Assembly (NCBI GenBank): GCA_028534125.1
Contig: CM052850.1
Span: forward strand, 5,270,001 to 5,334,000
From: Lama glama
Lineage: Eukaryota
Direction of reading: 5' to 3'
Length of the DNA: 64,000 nucleotides
In this document: positions 25,325-36,460 of the stretch, piece after piece
Numbering within the stretch: position 1 is the stretch's first letter
Layout: every line of letters starts with the position of its first letter
The notes under the pieces: model-generated
Database searches by the model: none
Told to the model about the DNA's origin: nothing
Seen by the model: the letters and a program-made list of their open reading frames with translations, nothing else
Translations under genes and position numbers: made by a program

Positions 25325-25530
25325 TCTTCCTTCCCTGCACTTGGCCTTCATGACACCAAGCACAGCTGCCGTCCTGTGATTATTGCGGGATTGTCTGTGT
25401 AATGACTGCCTTGCAGCTGGACTATAAGCTCCGTAAGGAGTAGAGATTTCATCTGCTTTGCTCTTACTGTTGCTCAAAACCAAGACATGTAGTGGGTACG
25501 AAGCGGAGTCACAACTCAGTTGTGCTGGAT
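25325..25530 (+). mobile_element. L2 3' end
   Basis: ctggactataagctccgtaaggagtagagatttcatctgctttgctc. Confidence 0.65.
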
Positions 25531-26936
25531 GTGATGCTGTTATTCTAGACCTGTCACTAGCCACCTTTTTTTTTTTGCTATTGTAGAAAGAGTCAAAGGT
25601 AGCTGAGTCAAATTCTGGCTCAATTTGTTGTCTCTTTTCACTAATTACTCAGACAGTTAAAACTCAGTTATTTTGAAATCCAAAACTCATACCCGGACCA
25701 CTGTCCCTTACCAAGTCTTCTTCTCTCGTCTCCTCCCTGAGATGGCACCTGCAAGCAGGAGCCATGGAGTCACGACAACAAGAGGTGGGGACGGTTCCTG
25801 TCTGGTTTGTGTTCTGGTTTCGGGTCCTGGCTGCCCTCTGGGGTGGCGTGGTTGGTCCTAGCTGCTTTGGGGACATTGTTCTCATTGCACTGGTTGCCTC
25901 AGTGTCTGCAGTTGGTGTAACGTGTAGTTCAGTCCACGTGACCCTGCTTACCGCCCAACTAATTCATGTCTTGACTCAGTTCCTGCTAGTCACAATGGTC
26001 GTCTGAGGACAGGCTGCGTCCTCTCAGGACGCGCACTTACATGTAATTTGATTCCCTTGACATCCTTCTCTGTGGTTTTCCTTGAGCTTCTCGCCCAGTA
26101 GAGGTGAACAGTTCCCACTTCATGTCCCCCATCCTGCCTCCACTATGGAGTTCAGAAAGACCCTTTCATTTTCTCTAGTGCCTAGTTCTTGCGCTGGAAA
26201 ACCGGGGCTTTCAAGATGAGTGTCTTTTCTGTGAATTTAAAAAGCTAAACTAGACTTTCAAAGCCTTCTTCTTGGGAAACTTAATTCCTTGTTCTCTCTC
26301 TCACTGCACCCCAGCCGTGGGCAACTCAGACTCTGAGGGTAGAAGGCTGGCGGGCGACACAAGCTACCAAATTACCAGGAATGAAAAATACGTAGAATAA
26401 TATTTCAAAATATTATTCTGCCTGACGGTGGGCACGAGTGTTTATGGAATAAACAGTGGTAGCATTGATTCAGAGTAAATTCTAGGCTAACACGAGGGCT
26501 CATTTTGAGGCCCTTAGAGCCTTGGATTGCTGAGTAGATGAGGACCGATTGGAGACTCTAAGATACAGCACGCTAGGGACAGCCCTGAGTAACGTGGTGA
26601 TGAATATGACAACAACATTTTATTTACAAGTGTTTTTCCTACAGACTGTTTTATAATTCATCCTTTATTTTGTTAAGCAACATATCATGTGTGGCACAGT
26701 GCTAGGACGTGTTCCTGTACAAGGGGACAAAATTGATTAAATTGGCAGTGTTTATCAATTTCCCTTCTTTTCCAGCCCATCAAAAATAATCTTGTTATTT
26801 AGCCCAATTTTCTCCTCCCCACCGTTTTTTTTCTTTTTCCAAAGAGAAAGGATTCTTATTTGTGGAGAAAGAGCTTAAATTAATCTATATCACAAAGTTC
26901 TGAGAAGGAGAGCATGAAGACTTGGAGGAAAGAAAA

Positions 26937-27188
26937 TCTCTCCTTTCCTCCTCCTCCCTCCCTTCTCTCCCCTCCTCCTTCTCCCTCTTCTTCCCCCTCC
27001 TCCTCCTTCCCTGCCTTCTCCTCCATTCTATCCCCTCCTATCCTCCTTTCTCTCCCCTCCTCTCCTCCTTTCTCTCCCCTCCTCCTCCTCCTTCTTCTCC
27101 CCGCTTCTCCTTCCCCCCTGCCTCCTCCTCACTTCTCTCCCTTCCCCTTTTTCTCCCTCCCCTCCCCTCCCATCCTCCCCCTTTCCCA
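26937..27188. repeat. CT-rich polypyrimidine/polypurine low-complexity tract (about 250 bp)
   Basis: Almost exclusively C/T on the + strand (cctcctcctccctccc...). Confidence 0.95.
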
Positions 27189-27469
27189 GGCATTCTCATC
27201 AGGGTCTGGGATTCCCTTCTTCGTGACTAGCCCAAGGTGATGACACCCAGGGTCCCGGTTCAGGCTTGGAGAGCCAAGAGCCTGTACTTGGGTTCCAAGC
27301 CTGAGTTTCATGTTCACTGAGCACCACCTGAGCTCTACTGCGGTGGGACTGAGCACTGGCAAAGTGCTTCCTCACATCCCAGTGGTCCGTTATTCCTCTC
27401 ATGCGCAGCTTCCTCAGGAATGTCCTGGATAAAGTGGGATTGTCAGGTTGGAATTTAGGCCATCATGCG

Positions 27470-28040
27470 TCAAACACTGGGGATCACAAGTGATCAAGAT
27501 GATGGATCCAGCCCTCAAGGAGGCCCCTGCACAGTAGTGGAGGGGGACGGATGCACAGGGCAGGACAGCACGGCAGGGTGAGTGCTATACTAGGGATGTG
27601 TGCCAGGGGCAGCCGGAGCAAATGGAGGGCATCCCGTCCTGCCTGACCTGGGGAGGCTGCCTGGAGAAGGGACGGAGAGCGATCACAGAGGCTGGGGAGC
27701 GAGCAGTACTCTGCTGAGGATGTTGAATATCAGCAAGTTGAATAGAATGGACACTGGGATTCCAAGTAAAAACAGAGGAAAACTGGGGCTCAGAATCAGG
27801 AAGGAGAATCAGGAATAGGGAGCGATATGAGCATCTTCCCTCTCCTTGGGGGTGAGATATGGTGCTGGAAATGGGCGTGAGACCAGGGTGGTGGGGGAGA
27901 GAGAAGGGCAGGGGACCAAAGCCCAAACCAGGGAATACCTCAGTTTCAGGGCTGACAAGGCAGAGGAGCTAGAGAAGGAGACAGAGAGCCAGCAGATAAA
28001 TCCTAGCAACTGGATCAAAGCACCAACCGAGCCCTGGGTC
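27470..28040 (-). mobile_element. L2 fragments, antisense
   Basis: cactggggatcaca...ccagccctcaaggag...ggaggctgcctggagaagg; gagctagagaaggagacagag. Confidence 0.55.
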
Positions 28041-28109
28041 CTCTCAGGGTCCAGCAAGAGTCTGCAGCCCTCACTCCCTTTGTGTTGCGGGCTTTGTAGG
28101 TGGTGGTCA

Positions 28110-28315
28110 TCACATTACCGTCTTTTAAGGAATTACCAAGCAGCAGGCACGACACTAAACTCTATGTTATCTTGTGGATTTCTTAGAATTCTGTGCGATA
28201 GGCATTCATTTTCCCATTTTACAGTTGAAGAAACAGGCTCAGAGAGGTTCAGTGACTTTCTCAAGGCCCCGTGTCACACAAGCTGGATCCAAGCTGGATT
28301 TGAACCCAGGCTTTA
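28110..28315 (-). mobile_element. MIR SINE
   Basis: cccattttacagttgaagaaacaggctcagagaggttcagtgactttctcaaggcc...ggatttgaacccagg. Confidence 0.8.
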
Positions 28316-28339
28316 ATATGGTAAACATTTTTATTATTG

Positions 28340-28484
28340 TCCAAAAGGGATCTTGGAAGTGCAGCACTGGAATTTCCTGGGAGCTTGTAGAAATGCAGAA
28401 CCTCAGGCACCATCCCAGATTTGCTGCATTGGAATCTGCACGTTAATGAGTGAATCATCCTTGTTTTAAAGTTGAAAAGCTCTG
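28340..28484. mobile_element. MER5A-type hAT-Charlie MITE
   Basis: cctgggagcttgtagaaatgcagaacctcaggc...ggaatctgcacgttaa...aaagttgaaaagctctg. Confidence 0.75.
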
Positions 28485-28516
28485 TGATAAACTATATTCA
28501 CTTGTGCCCTGCCTTC

Positions 28517-29072
28517 TGACATGTGTCAGGGGTCCACTCTGCCCCTGGTTCTTTGCCTCCAGTCCTCTCCTCCATCTCTTCTCTCCCAGTGAGGCTGGAA
28601 GCCCCATAAAAAGACCAGCAGAACCCCTAGACAGGGCCCCTACTCTCCTGCCAGCACCATCTGATTCCCTGGCCCAGAGGCTCTATCTCACTTTTTGCCT
28701 CTGAAACGGCTTACTTACCCCTAAAATTCTATTGGTTCCCTGAGCTCACTTCTGATTGGTCCATTTCCCTGACTCCTGATTGCTTATTTCTCTCCCTCCT
28801 AATTGGTCCATTTCTACAAAGCTTGTTCCTAATTAGTCAACCTTTGTTATACCTTATTTGCATATGATGTTGCAAAGTGTAAACTGGCAGCCTATAAAAG
28901 CCTGTGTAAACCTACCGATGGGGTCCAGAGCTTGGAGTGTTAACTCCTCTGGGCCTGTTGGTGTAAAAACCTGAGTTCTCCAACTCTCCGAGTGCTGCTT
29001 GGTCTCTCCCCTGGATCCAGGTTGCTGTCACAAATGAGCTGTAACGCTGAGTTATAACACTGAGCTGTTACA
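28517..29072 (+). mobile_element. ERV1-type solo LTR with repeated inverted CCAAT boxes, octamer and TATA
   Basis: TG...CA ends (5' end 28517-28524 uncertain; possible TSD ccttc/ccttt); ATTGG repeats 28731-28806; ATTTGCAT 28856-28863; TATAAAA 28893-28899; three U5 repeats of gagctgtaacact type. Confidence 0.85.
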
Positions 29073-29564
29073 CCTTTTTCCTGCAATACCAGGAAGATGT
29101 GAGCGGGGTGTTGTTTGGTTTACCTAGTAGACCTGCTCTGCTCTGTGATGACAAGAGGCTGACACTTAAAGGTCTTGATTTGTTTTGCACTGCACCCCAG
29201 TGCGGCACTGCAAGTTTCTCAGAGGGATGGTTTCTTAGGGGATTGTCGGCATGAGAGACGGAGGCAGCTTTTCCTCGGTGACGTTCTGTCCCCAAAGAGC
29301 TGGCTCTGGGCCCTGTATCTATTGCTCCCCAACTGTGCCGATCAGATCACTATGATCCTGTTATTCTCTGTGGGCACAGGCAGAGCTGTCAAAGTTGGAA
29401 TCTCTCCTCACTCGGCTCTCCAGGCGGGGTGGAGGAGCCTGCCGCCCCTCCAGGGAGGTTGCTCCTCCCCTGTGTGGGTGTCTCCCATGGCTTCCCTACA
29501 GTAAAGAAAGGAAATCAGTAGCTGTTGGCTGTTGGGCTCAGTTGCTGATTGACATGAAGCATGT

Positions 29565-29755
29565 TACTTTTCATTTAGCACCTTGTGTGTGCCAGACATT
29601 GTGCTAGGTTTTATGATTTCCATTTTACAGACGATGACATGAATTCTTAGACACATGAGGTGATATGCTCAAGGTCACATGGTTAGTGAGTGGCTGAGCT
29701 GGGATCCAATTCCACGTTCATCTGACTCTGAAGTTCATACTTTTTGCACACCACC
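29565..29755 (-). mobile_element. MIR SINE
   Basis: gtgccagacattgtgctagg...ccattttacagacga...gctcaaggtcacatggttagtgagtggctgagctgggat. Confidence 0.85.
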
Positions 29756-29857
29756 TCTTTTTTAGACATGTCTCTTTAAGACGGGCTCATGGTTCCTCGT
29801 TTTTCTTAGTCAAAGCGACAGATTCTCATAACTTTGAATCTTTGCAGGCCTCTCGTG

Positions 29858-30020
29858 CAGCGGCTCTTAAATTCTCGTGGACATCAGAATTAGCCGGTGG
29901 GCTTGTTAAAATATCTATTCAGATTCAGGCGTTGCGGGGTGGGGCTAGGGCCTCCGCATGTGTCACAAGTTTCCAGGTGCCGTTGCTGCAGGTGGTACTG
30001 GTCACACTTTGAGACGCGCC
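29858..30020. mobile_element. MER5-type hAT-Charlie MITE, CpG-rich copy
   Basis: cagcggctcttaaa...catcagaattagccggtgggcttgttaaaa...ggggtggggctaggg...cacactttgag. Confidence 0.7.
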
Positions 30021-30029
30021 GCCTAGTGG
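30016..30029 (-). promoter_or_regulatory. Candidate CTCF motif
   Basis: Reverse complement CCACTAGGCGGCGC versus consensus CCASYAGRKGGCRS (one mismatch); motif only. Confidence 0.4.
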
Positions 30030-30555
30030 ACGGGGGAAGCAGAGACGCGTGGGAAACAAAGCACGCGGGGTTCCCATCTCCGCTGCCGCTGCCGTAATGC
30101 CGTAATGCCTGCCGCTTGCTTACTGCTTCCTGGAAAGCAGAAGGTTGGTTGTTTGGCATCCGTTTCGGTTTGGTGTCTCCTGTTCTCTGGGTAGTGTGTG
30201 GGCTGGTCCACTGCCCGAAACTCATGAGGGTCACCTGCTAACAAGCTGAGGCTTTTAAATGCATACAAGAGAAGGTCTGGAAACCAATCGATTCACGGGC
30301 ATTTTCTGGGAACTACGAATCCAGTTCAGAGGATTATAAAACCCTGGCTCATCCATCTAACTAGATGGTTCACCTGAAATTTATGACGTTTGCAAAAATG
30401 GGATTCATCATTTGCCTTTCCCTGGAATTCTTTCCTTATTGTACCATAGCCAAGCTTCCAAACAGGGTCAATGTTGAATTTCCATCATGGGACATCGAGC
30501 ATGTCTGGGTGAAAACTATGGGTCTATCTACATGGAAACCCTATAGACATTCTGG

Positions 30556-30700
30556 CAGAGAGAGTCACAGTGTGTGGAGCACTGGGACTCAGCATGAGGC
30601 TGTGGAGTTAGAGCTGGTTATGAGTTCTGGCTCTGCCATTTTACAGCCAATCCATGAGCATGTTACTTAACCTGTCTGAGCCTCATTGTCTCCAGAATCA
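30556..30700 (+). mobile_element. MIR SINE 5' part
   Basis: gcatgaggctgtggagttagagctgg...tgagttctggctctgccatt...gttacttaacctgtctgagcctca. Confidence 0.75.
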
Positions 30701-30924
30701 AGGCTGATATAAAAAATATTTAGCCAACAGTTGTGGCATGGGCATCAGCCAGTCAGAATGGATGGAGGCCAAATCAGAAGCAATGCCAGCTGTAAAGAAG
30801 CCAGAACCAGGGTGGATGACTGGCTTGCATTTTCCAATATGATGTGGGTTCCATCTGTGGATTATCTCTGTGCAATAAGGAGGTGATATGCTCAAGGTCA
30901 CATGGTTAGTGAGTGGCTGAGCTG

Positions 30925-30926
<2 letters not shown>

Positions 30927-30962
<36 letters not shown>
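30927..30962. repeat. (GT)n microsatellite
   Basis: Uninterrupted gtgtgt tract. Confidence 0.97.
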
Positions 30963-30964
<2 letters not shown>

Positions 30965-32229
30965 TCGCGCACATGTGCAAGCAGGTGCAAACTCAGAACA
31001 GCAGGAAACCTTCCTGGAAGTGAGGCCATATACATCCTCTGGTTGTTTCCAAGTCAGGGGGGTTACCTCTTTTGGAGGCCTCGGACCATAGCCAGTTTGG
31101 CCTGTCCTATCCTCTTCCCACAATCTGCATGGGAGCCAGTGGATGTGAAGCCCAGAATGAGACAGAGTCCCATTGATTGATTCTTCTTATTCTGTTATCT
31201 TTGGGGAGAGGCAAGGCCAGAAGCAGATGATTGCCTGAGATACAGAAAAGCACAAAAGGCCGTGCAAAGTCCTGTCTACCCAGACACAGTGGGGAGGACC
31301 TGAACACTCCTGGCCCCCTACCACCCAACCACTGGCTGCTCTGGTTTACCTTTTCTGGGAAAGAGGACAGTGTACCTCCTTGGCTTGAATTGAGAAGGAA
31401 GTGAGATCACAGGTATGAAGCACCTGGCACACAGGAGAACTCAATAAAAGGAAGCTCTGTGTTGGACCATTGGTCTCGTAGGCTGTGTGCCTAACGTGGC
31501 GGGAGCGCTCGGAGGCTCAGGAGGGCTCAGTCTATTACCTGAGAGCCAGTCAAGCAAGGTGATGCTGTGATGCTGTGTGGACCTGGCTCACTGATACCTG
31601 AGCAGGTCCTTAAGGGAAACTTGTACCAGGTTCTAAGATAGACGAGCTATTTGTTATGCAGGGAGAGCACGTAAAATGAAAGTACTGTTGAGGTCTAACA
31701 AGCAGGGTGCAGGAAGTCTTCCTGTTTGGGGCCTCACGAGAGAGTTTCAGGCAGTAGTGTAACCTCAGTGCAAACAGCTCGGGCAGCTGCCGGGGCCGGG
31801 GCGTGGCTGGTGGCTGGCTGAGTGACCGAGTCAGCATTTGTGAGGGTGAGGGAAGGTGACTGTGGGGCAGATGCCCTCCCCAACGTCATCCTCCAGGTCA
31901 GATGTGGCCCCTGACGGCTCTTGCAGGGGCGCATGGCAGCCACGAGAAAGAACTGGGAGGAGGAGCTTCTCTGCTCCAGCTCTGGGGAAAACCAGGCTGC
32001 TGCAGCCCCCGGGGGGCCTGGGGTGGGACAGCGATCCAGCCCCGGGGCGGGTGGGCATGCAGCTCCAGAACCTTCTGTCGTCCTCCTGCCCTTCCAGACT
32101 GCCATTGCCCCGGAAACAACCACTCACTACATCTCCATCTTTGGACAGTATACTCTGTGTTGCTGCCCGCAGTTCTCCCAGCCATCGTGGTCTTTACCTT
32201 CCTCAGGGACTATTTTGCAAGTTGCATCC

Positions 32230-33380
32230 CTCCTTCCTGAAACTCTTTTGTCCCTGGAACAATGTGATTTGCTCTCTTGCTTTTTCCCTCTTCCCTCTAA
32301 CACCCCTCCTTTGAAGACTTTTCCCTCCACCTACATCTTCGTTTTTGGTGCCCGCTCTCATTCTCACTCCGGGTAACTGCATCCACCCTGGAGAACTCAA
32401 TTGTCCCTGTGCCTGGATGAGCCCTGAATCTCTATCTCCAGCCAGGAGCTCTCTCTTCACTATGTGGATGCCCTCTGGACATTTCCTCTTTGGTTCCTGC
32501 CTGGATTTTTGCACCAACCTCCCAACTTGGGTGCAGTTCCAGGTTTACTCTCCTCCAAGCCACACTTCCTGCTGCCCAGGTCTGTCTGTAGTGTCTTTCT
32601 GCTTGCTTGCTTTCTCTCTCTCTTTCTTTCTTTCTTCCTCCCTTTCTTTCTTTTTCTTTTTGTTTTCCCCACTTTGCCCATTAGATCCTATCTCTGGGCA
32701 GCTTCAGTGACTCACCAATACCTGAGGGAAAACTGCCCGGTGTGGTTTCAAAGAACCGTGATGCTTGCGGTCTGCCTCCCTGCCAGCCTCCTTTCTTGTT
32801 ACTCTCCTACCCGTATCTCATCTGCTGGCTTAACTGAGCTTATTTCCATTTCTCAAATGTAGTGTAGTCCTTCCACCTCTCTGCGCCTTTAGACATGCTG
32901 TTGTCTTTTCTCTGGAATGCTCTTCCTCTTCTGTCTGCTGGTGACCTCTCTGTCTTTTCAGACTGCTATGGAAGCATACCACTCTGTGAAGTGGGACCTG
33001 ACACCCTGGGCTGGCTTTCTGGACATGTCACCTGTGCAGCATCACAGGGCCCCCAGGCTCAGCGGTCCCTGCATTTGATTTAATGCCCTGCTGTCGACAT
33101 CTTAAAATTCTAAAGAACTTTTAAAATAAGGGGCCCTGCATTTTTATTTTGCACTGAGGCCCATAAATTATGCATCTGGTTGAGCAACAGCAACATACAC
33201 ACAGCGCAGTCATGACACTTGTTAGGTTGTGCTGCAGTTGTTCTGATCCGGCCGCCTCACCCCCTGGCCTGGGGAGTCCTTGAGCGCAGGGACTGTGTCG
33301 GGCTCATCTCTATTCCCCACACCTAGGGCCGTGGACATGTAGCAGGGGCTCAGGGAACGCTTGCAGACAGAATTAATTCA
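32230..33380 (+). mobile_element. L2 3' fragments (interrupted by MER91A and a CT-rich tract)
   Basis: ctccttcctgaaactc, gaatctctatctccagcc, tctctggaatgctcttcct, tccttgagcgcagggactgtgtc...gtagcaggggctcag. Confidence 0.65.
33006..33183 (+). mobile_element. MER91A-type hAT-Tip100 MITE
   Basis: cacctgtgcagcatcacagggcccc...tttaatgccctgctgtcgacatcttaaaattct...aaggggccctgcatttttattttgcactgaggccc. Confidence 0.85.
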
Positions 33381-33485
33381 GGTCTGTGGGTCTTTTTCCC
33401 TTAGCCTGGGAGAACTGCCTTTTCCTCCTGAAAACGCTCCCTATGTGGATGAGGGTGGGTGGGTGTATCTCATAGGGGCAGGGGC

Positions 33486-33618
33486 GGGGGCCGGGGTGGA
33501 GCTCTGGTAGAGCGCATGCTTAGCATGCATGAGGTCCTGGGTTCAATCCCCAGTCCCTCCATTAAAAACAAACAAACAAACAAACCTAATTATCTGCCCC
33601 CCAATAAATAAATGAATA
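33486..33618 (+). mobile_element. tRNA-Ala-derived camelid SINE (Vic-1 type)
   Basis: gctctggtagagcgcatgcttagcatgcatgaggtcctgggttcaatccccag...(aaac)n cctaattatctgcccccc + A-rich tail. Confidence 0.9.
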
Positions 33619-35411
33619 AAAACACCCCTCCTGTGAAAAGCAGGCACCAGAAATGGTGAGCTCTAGTTTTAATGATGATTATTATTTTTTAACTCGGCTT
33701 TATGATCTAACCGAACTCCACTTACCTCTTGGGGCCTCAGTTTACCTATCTGTGAAATGAGGGGCAGGACCAAAACCTCAACACAGCAGGGACTGCGGGG
33801 CTGTACCTCTCCAAGCCCCCGTCTCCTCCATCTCCTTCTCTGTGTTCTGAGCCTCTCCCTCAGGACACTTAAGAATCCTCATCCTTGACACTCCTTTTTT
33901 TTGAATCTCACTCTCTCCCTTCACCTCTTTTGTTTTTCATCAGGAAAGGCAAGGCCAGACTCTTCACTCAGCAAAAGTCGTATTTGTTGACATTTGGAGA
34001 AAAAAAAAATGAAGAGAAAAGTCAAAGATCCTTCAAAATCTTGGTGTTTGAATATTTAAAGACTCTGAATGCTGGAAATGTTGACAGTTCCTGTGTCAGG
34101 CTTCATTCTAAACCCTGGACCCATTATTTTCTCTCTAAAAAACAAAAGCAGCTCACTTCAAGGGGCCTTGTACAGAGCAAATTTGATGTTCAGCTTTCCT
34201 TCCTGTCCCTCCCCTCCCCCCATGGCTGCCCAACTGCTCTGCCGCCATCGTCCTCAGACTGGTCCTCCCCCGCGGTGCCCCAGGGACTCGGGGCTGGGGG
34301 GCAAGTGCAGGGGAGAATGAGCTGGGGTGAGGACCAAGGCAGAGGACCAGACGGTTGGAGAAAGGTGGAGGACCCCTCTCTCACTTCTGCCACTTTTACT
34401 GCTTTTCCATTTTGGGGTTCGGTGTAAGATTTCACTGAAAAGGCGAGGGTGCAATGCTAGAAAATGCCCGAAAGCCTCTGTCTACTGAGCTGGGATCAGA
34501 TCTCAGTCTGGGTGCGGGGGCCCTGATCGCTTGGACTGACTCTGTCATGTGATTCTTGTCAATAAAAAAGAATATAAATTTTTAATGCTTTCTGTTCTTC
34601 CTCTCAGCCAAATTATTATGGGGGAGTAGGGTTCCTGGACTGGCCTCCTCACCCTTTCTCCCTGGCCACAGGCTGGGTTTTGGCTGGGGATCAAACTCCT
34701 CGGCAAAGGCCACAGGACAGGGTTGTGGATGTTAAATGGCTGTGGCACCCACCTCTTCACTTGAGGGCCTGGGCGCATGCTGAGAGCTCACGCTCGGCAG
34801 GACAGAGGGCAGGGGACTCTGCCGGCTCTGAGCACCCCTGCTCCCCGACCCCCAGACCCAGTAATATCTCAGTGTTTTCCCAGGCGGCCTTCTGGTCAGC
34901 CCAGCTACGGAACACTGTGGAACAGAGGCGGACCCGTGGTGTAGGAGCCGAGGCAGTGTGGAAGTCTGGCGTCCAGCAGACGTGGGTTTGAGTCCCAGCT
35001 CTGTGGCTTAGTTCACTCTGAAGCAATTAAATACGCCTGGTGCTATGTTAGATTCTGTTGGGGGAAAAGGAATTTGCATTCTAATTGGGGAGAAAAAAAA
35101 TCTAACTTGTTTGGGTAATAGGAGCGTTCTCTTAGTCTCTTCACCTTGACACCCCAAACAAAGCAGAGAGAAACCCAGAAATCGAGGAGCAGAAGCTGGG
35201 CACAGCATCTTTCACTGGGCGGGAAGGTTAGGAGGGGACCAAGGCTTTTGGCAGAGTAATTAGTTCAAAATCACATTACCAGGAAAAATATGTGTCTCTT
35301 CAGTAGTCTTGGTGATGGCTTTTGGCAGGAAATGAAACCTTGTAGTTTGAGATGTGTCTGGTATGTTTAGATACACATTTGAGGGGGAACTACAAACTGG
35401 AATGGTAGACC

Positions 35412-35972
35412 TGAAGTCTCAGTCGAGTCCCTGGGACGCACCCCACCAAGTGAGGGTCCTGGGCTTCACGCAGGAAAGAATTCAAGGGCAAGCCATAGCT
35501 GAGTGAAAGCAGATTTATTTAGAGAGATACAGTCTCCATAGATTGAGTGTAGGCTGTCTCAGAAGGCCAGAGAGGCCGTGAGAAGCGGGGGTGGCATTTA
35601 GTTTAAAGTAAAAGTAGATACACACTCCACAGGCAGAGTGTGGGCCGAGAGAGTGACCACAAGGTGCGGGGTTGTTGGTTTCTATGGGCTTGGTAACATC
35701 ATATGCTAACAAGTGGGAGGATTGTTCCAACTACTTGAGGGAACGGGAGGGGATTCCCAGGAATCAGGTCACTGCCTACTTTTTGACCTTTTATGGTCAG
35801 CCTTGAAACTCCCCTGGCACCCAATGCTGAATAGCCATTCAGCATGCTATTGTATGTTGATTGAGTGTATATTGAAGCTCAAGGTCCACTGGGAGTTGAA
35901 TCCTGCCATCTTGGTGCTAACTGCTGTGTCATTCTTTTAAGGTTGTGCCCTACCCCCTTTCCTCCAGTCTCA
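35412..35972 (-). mobile_element. ERV1 solo LTR (MER41-like group), antisense
   Basis: gggcttcacgcaggaaagaattcaagggcaagcc...gaaagcagatttatt (antisense AATAAA), catatgctaacaag, ctgccatcttgg; right end gtctca (= TGAGAC start); left boundary approximate, no clear TSD. Confidence 0.8.
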
Positions 35973-36460
35973 CTTCCTCCCCTACGTGGACCCAGAGCCC
36001 CCAAACACTTGCCCAGCAGCAGAAATTAGGGGCAGAGTAGGCCCCTCTTTGCCTCACCACAGAGAGCAGAGCCAGAGCAATTTATGAGGAACCAGGAGGA
36101 CCTGGGGCTATGTGATGTGTTGGGGGAGGGAATGGGGTCTGAATGGCTGGGGGGAGCAAGAAAGGAGTGGAACTTCAGGGAGGAGTTAAAAGAGACAAGG
36201 ACTGAAGGAAAAGGGAGAAAAAAGCCACTTAGGGAAAGAGGGCTTGGTTCCATGGAAGACCCCTCTGGGTTCCAGGGTGTGTCCGTTGCAAACTGCAGAC
36301 ATTATGTGAGTTCAAACTCAGAGAAGGGAGGGTATCTTGAGGTGGCCAAGATGCCTCAGGGAACAGGTGGGACTTGAGCTGAACCCTGAAGAACTGGAAG
36401 ATTTTCATAGAGGATGGAGAGGACTGGTGAGGAGACTTCAGGTGCACGGCTAATATGGCC

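Noticed and set aside
26914-27240. Pro/Ser/Leu-rich ORFs
   Set aside because: Translation of the CT-rich low-complexity tract.
29033-29073. Short spaced direct repeats (also 2599-2631, 30080-30115, 39067-39109) as CRISPR-like arrays
   Set aside because: They are adjacent tandem duplications or LTR U5 repeats with no unique spacers, in eukaryotic DNA with no cas genes.
31734-32862. Stack of 100-150 aa ORFs on both strands
   Set aside because: GC-rich DNA running into L2 remnants; no homology recognised and no consistent splice structure.
33885-34427. 180-aa ORF
   Set aside because: Starts at TTG, has no recognisable family, and spans an abrupt AT-to-GC compositional change.
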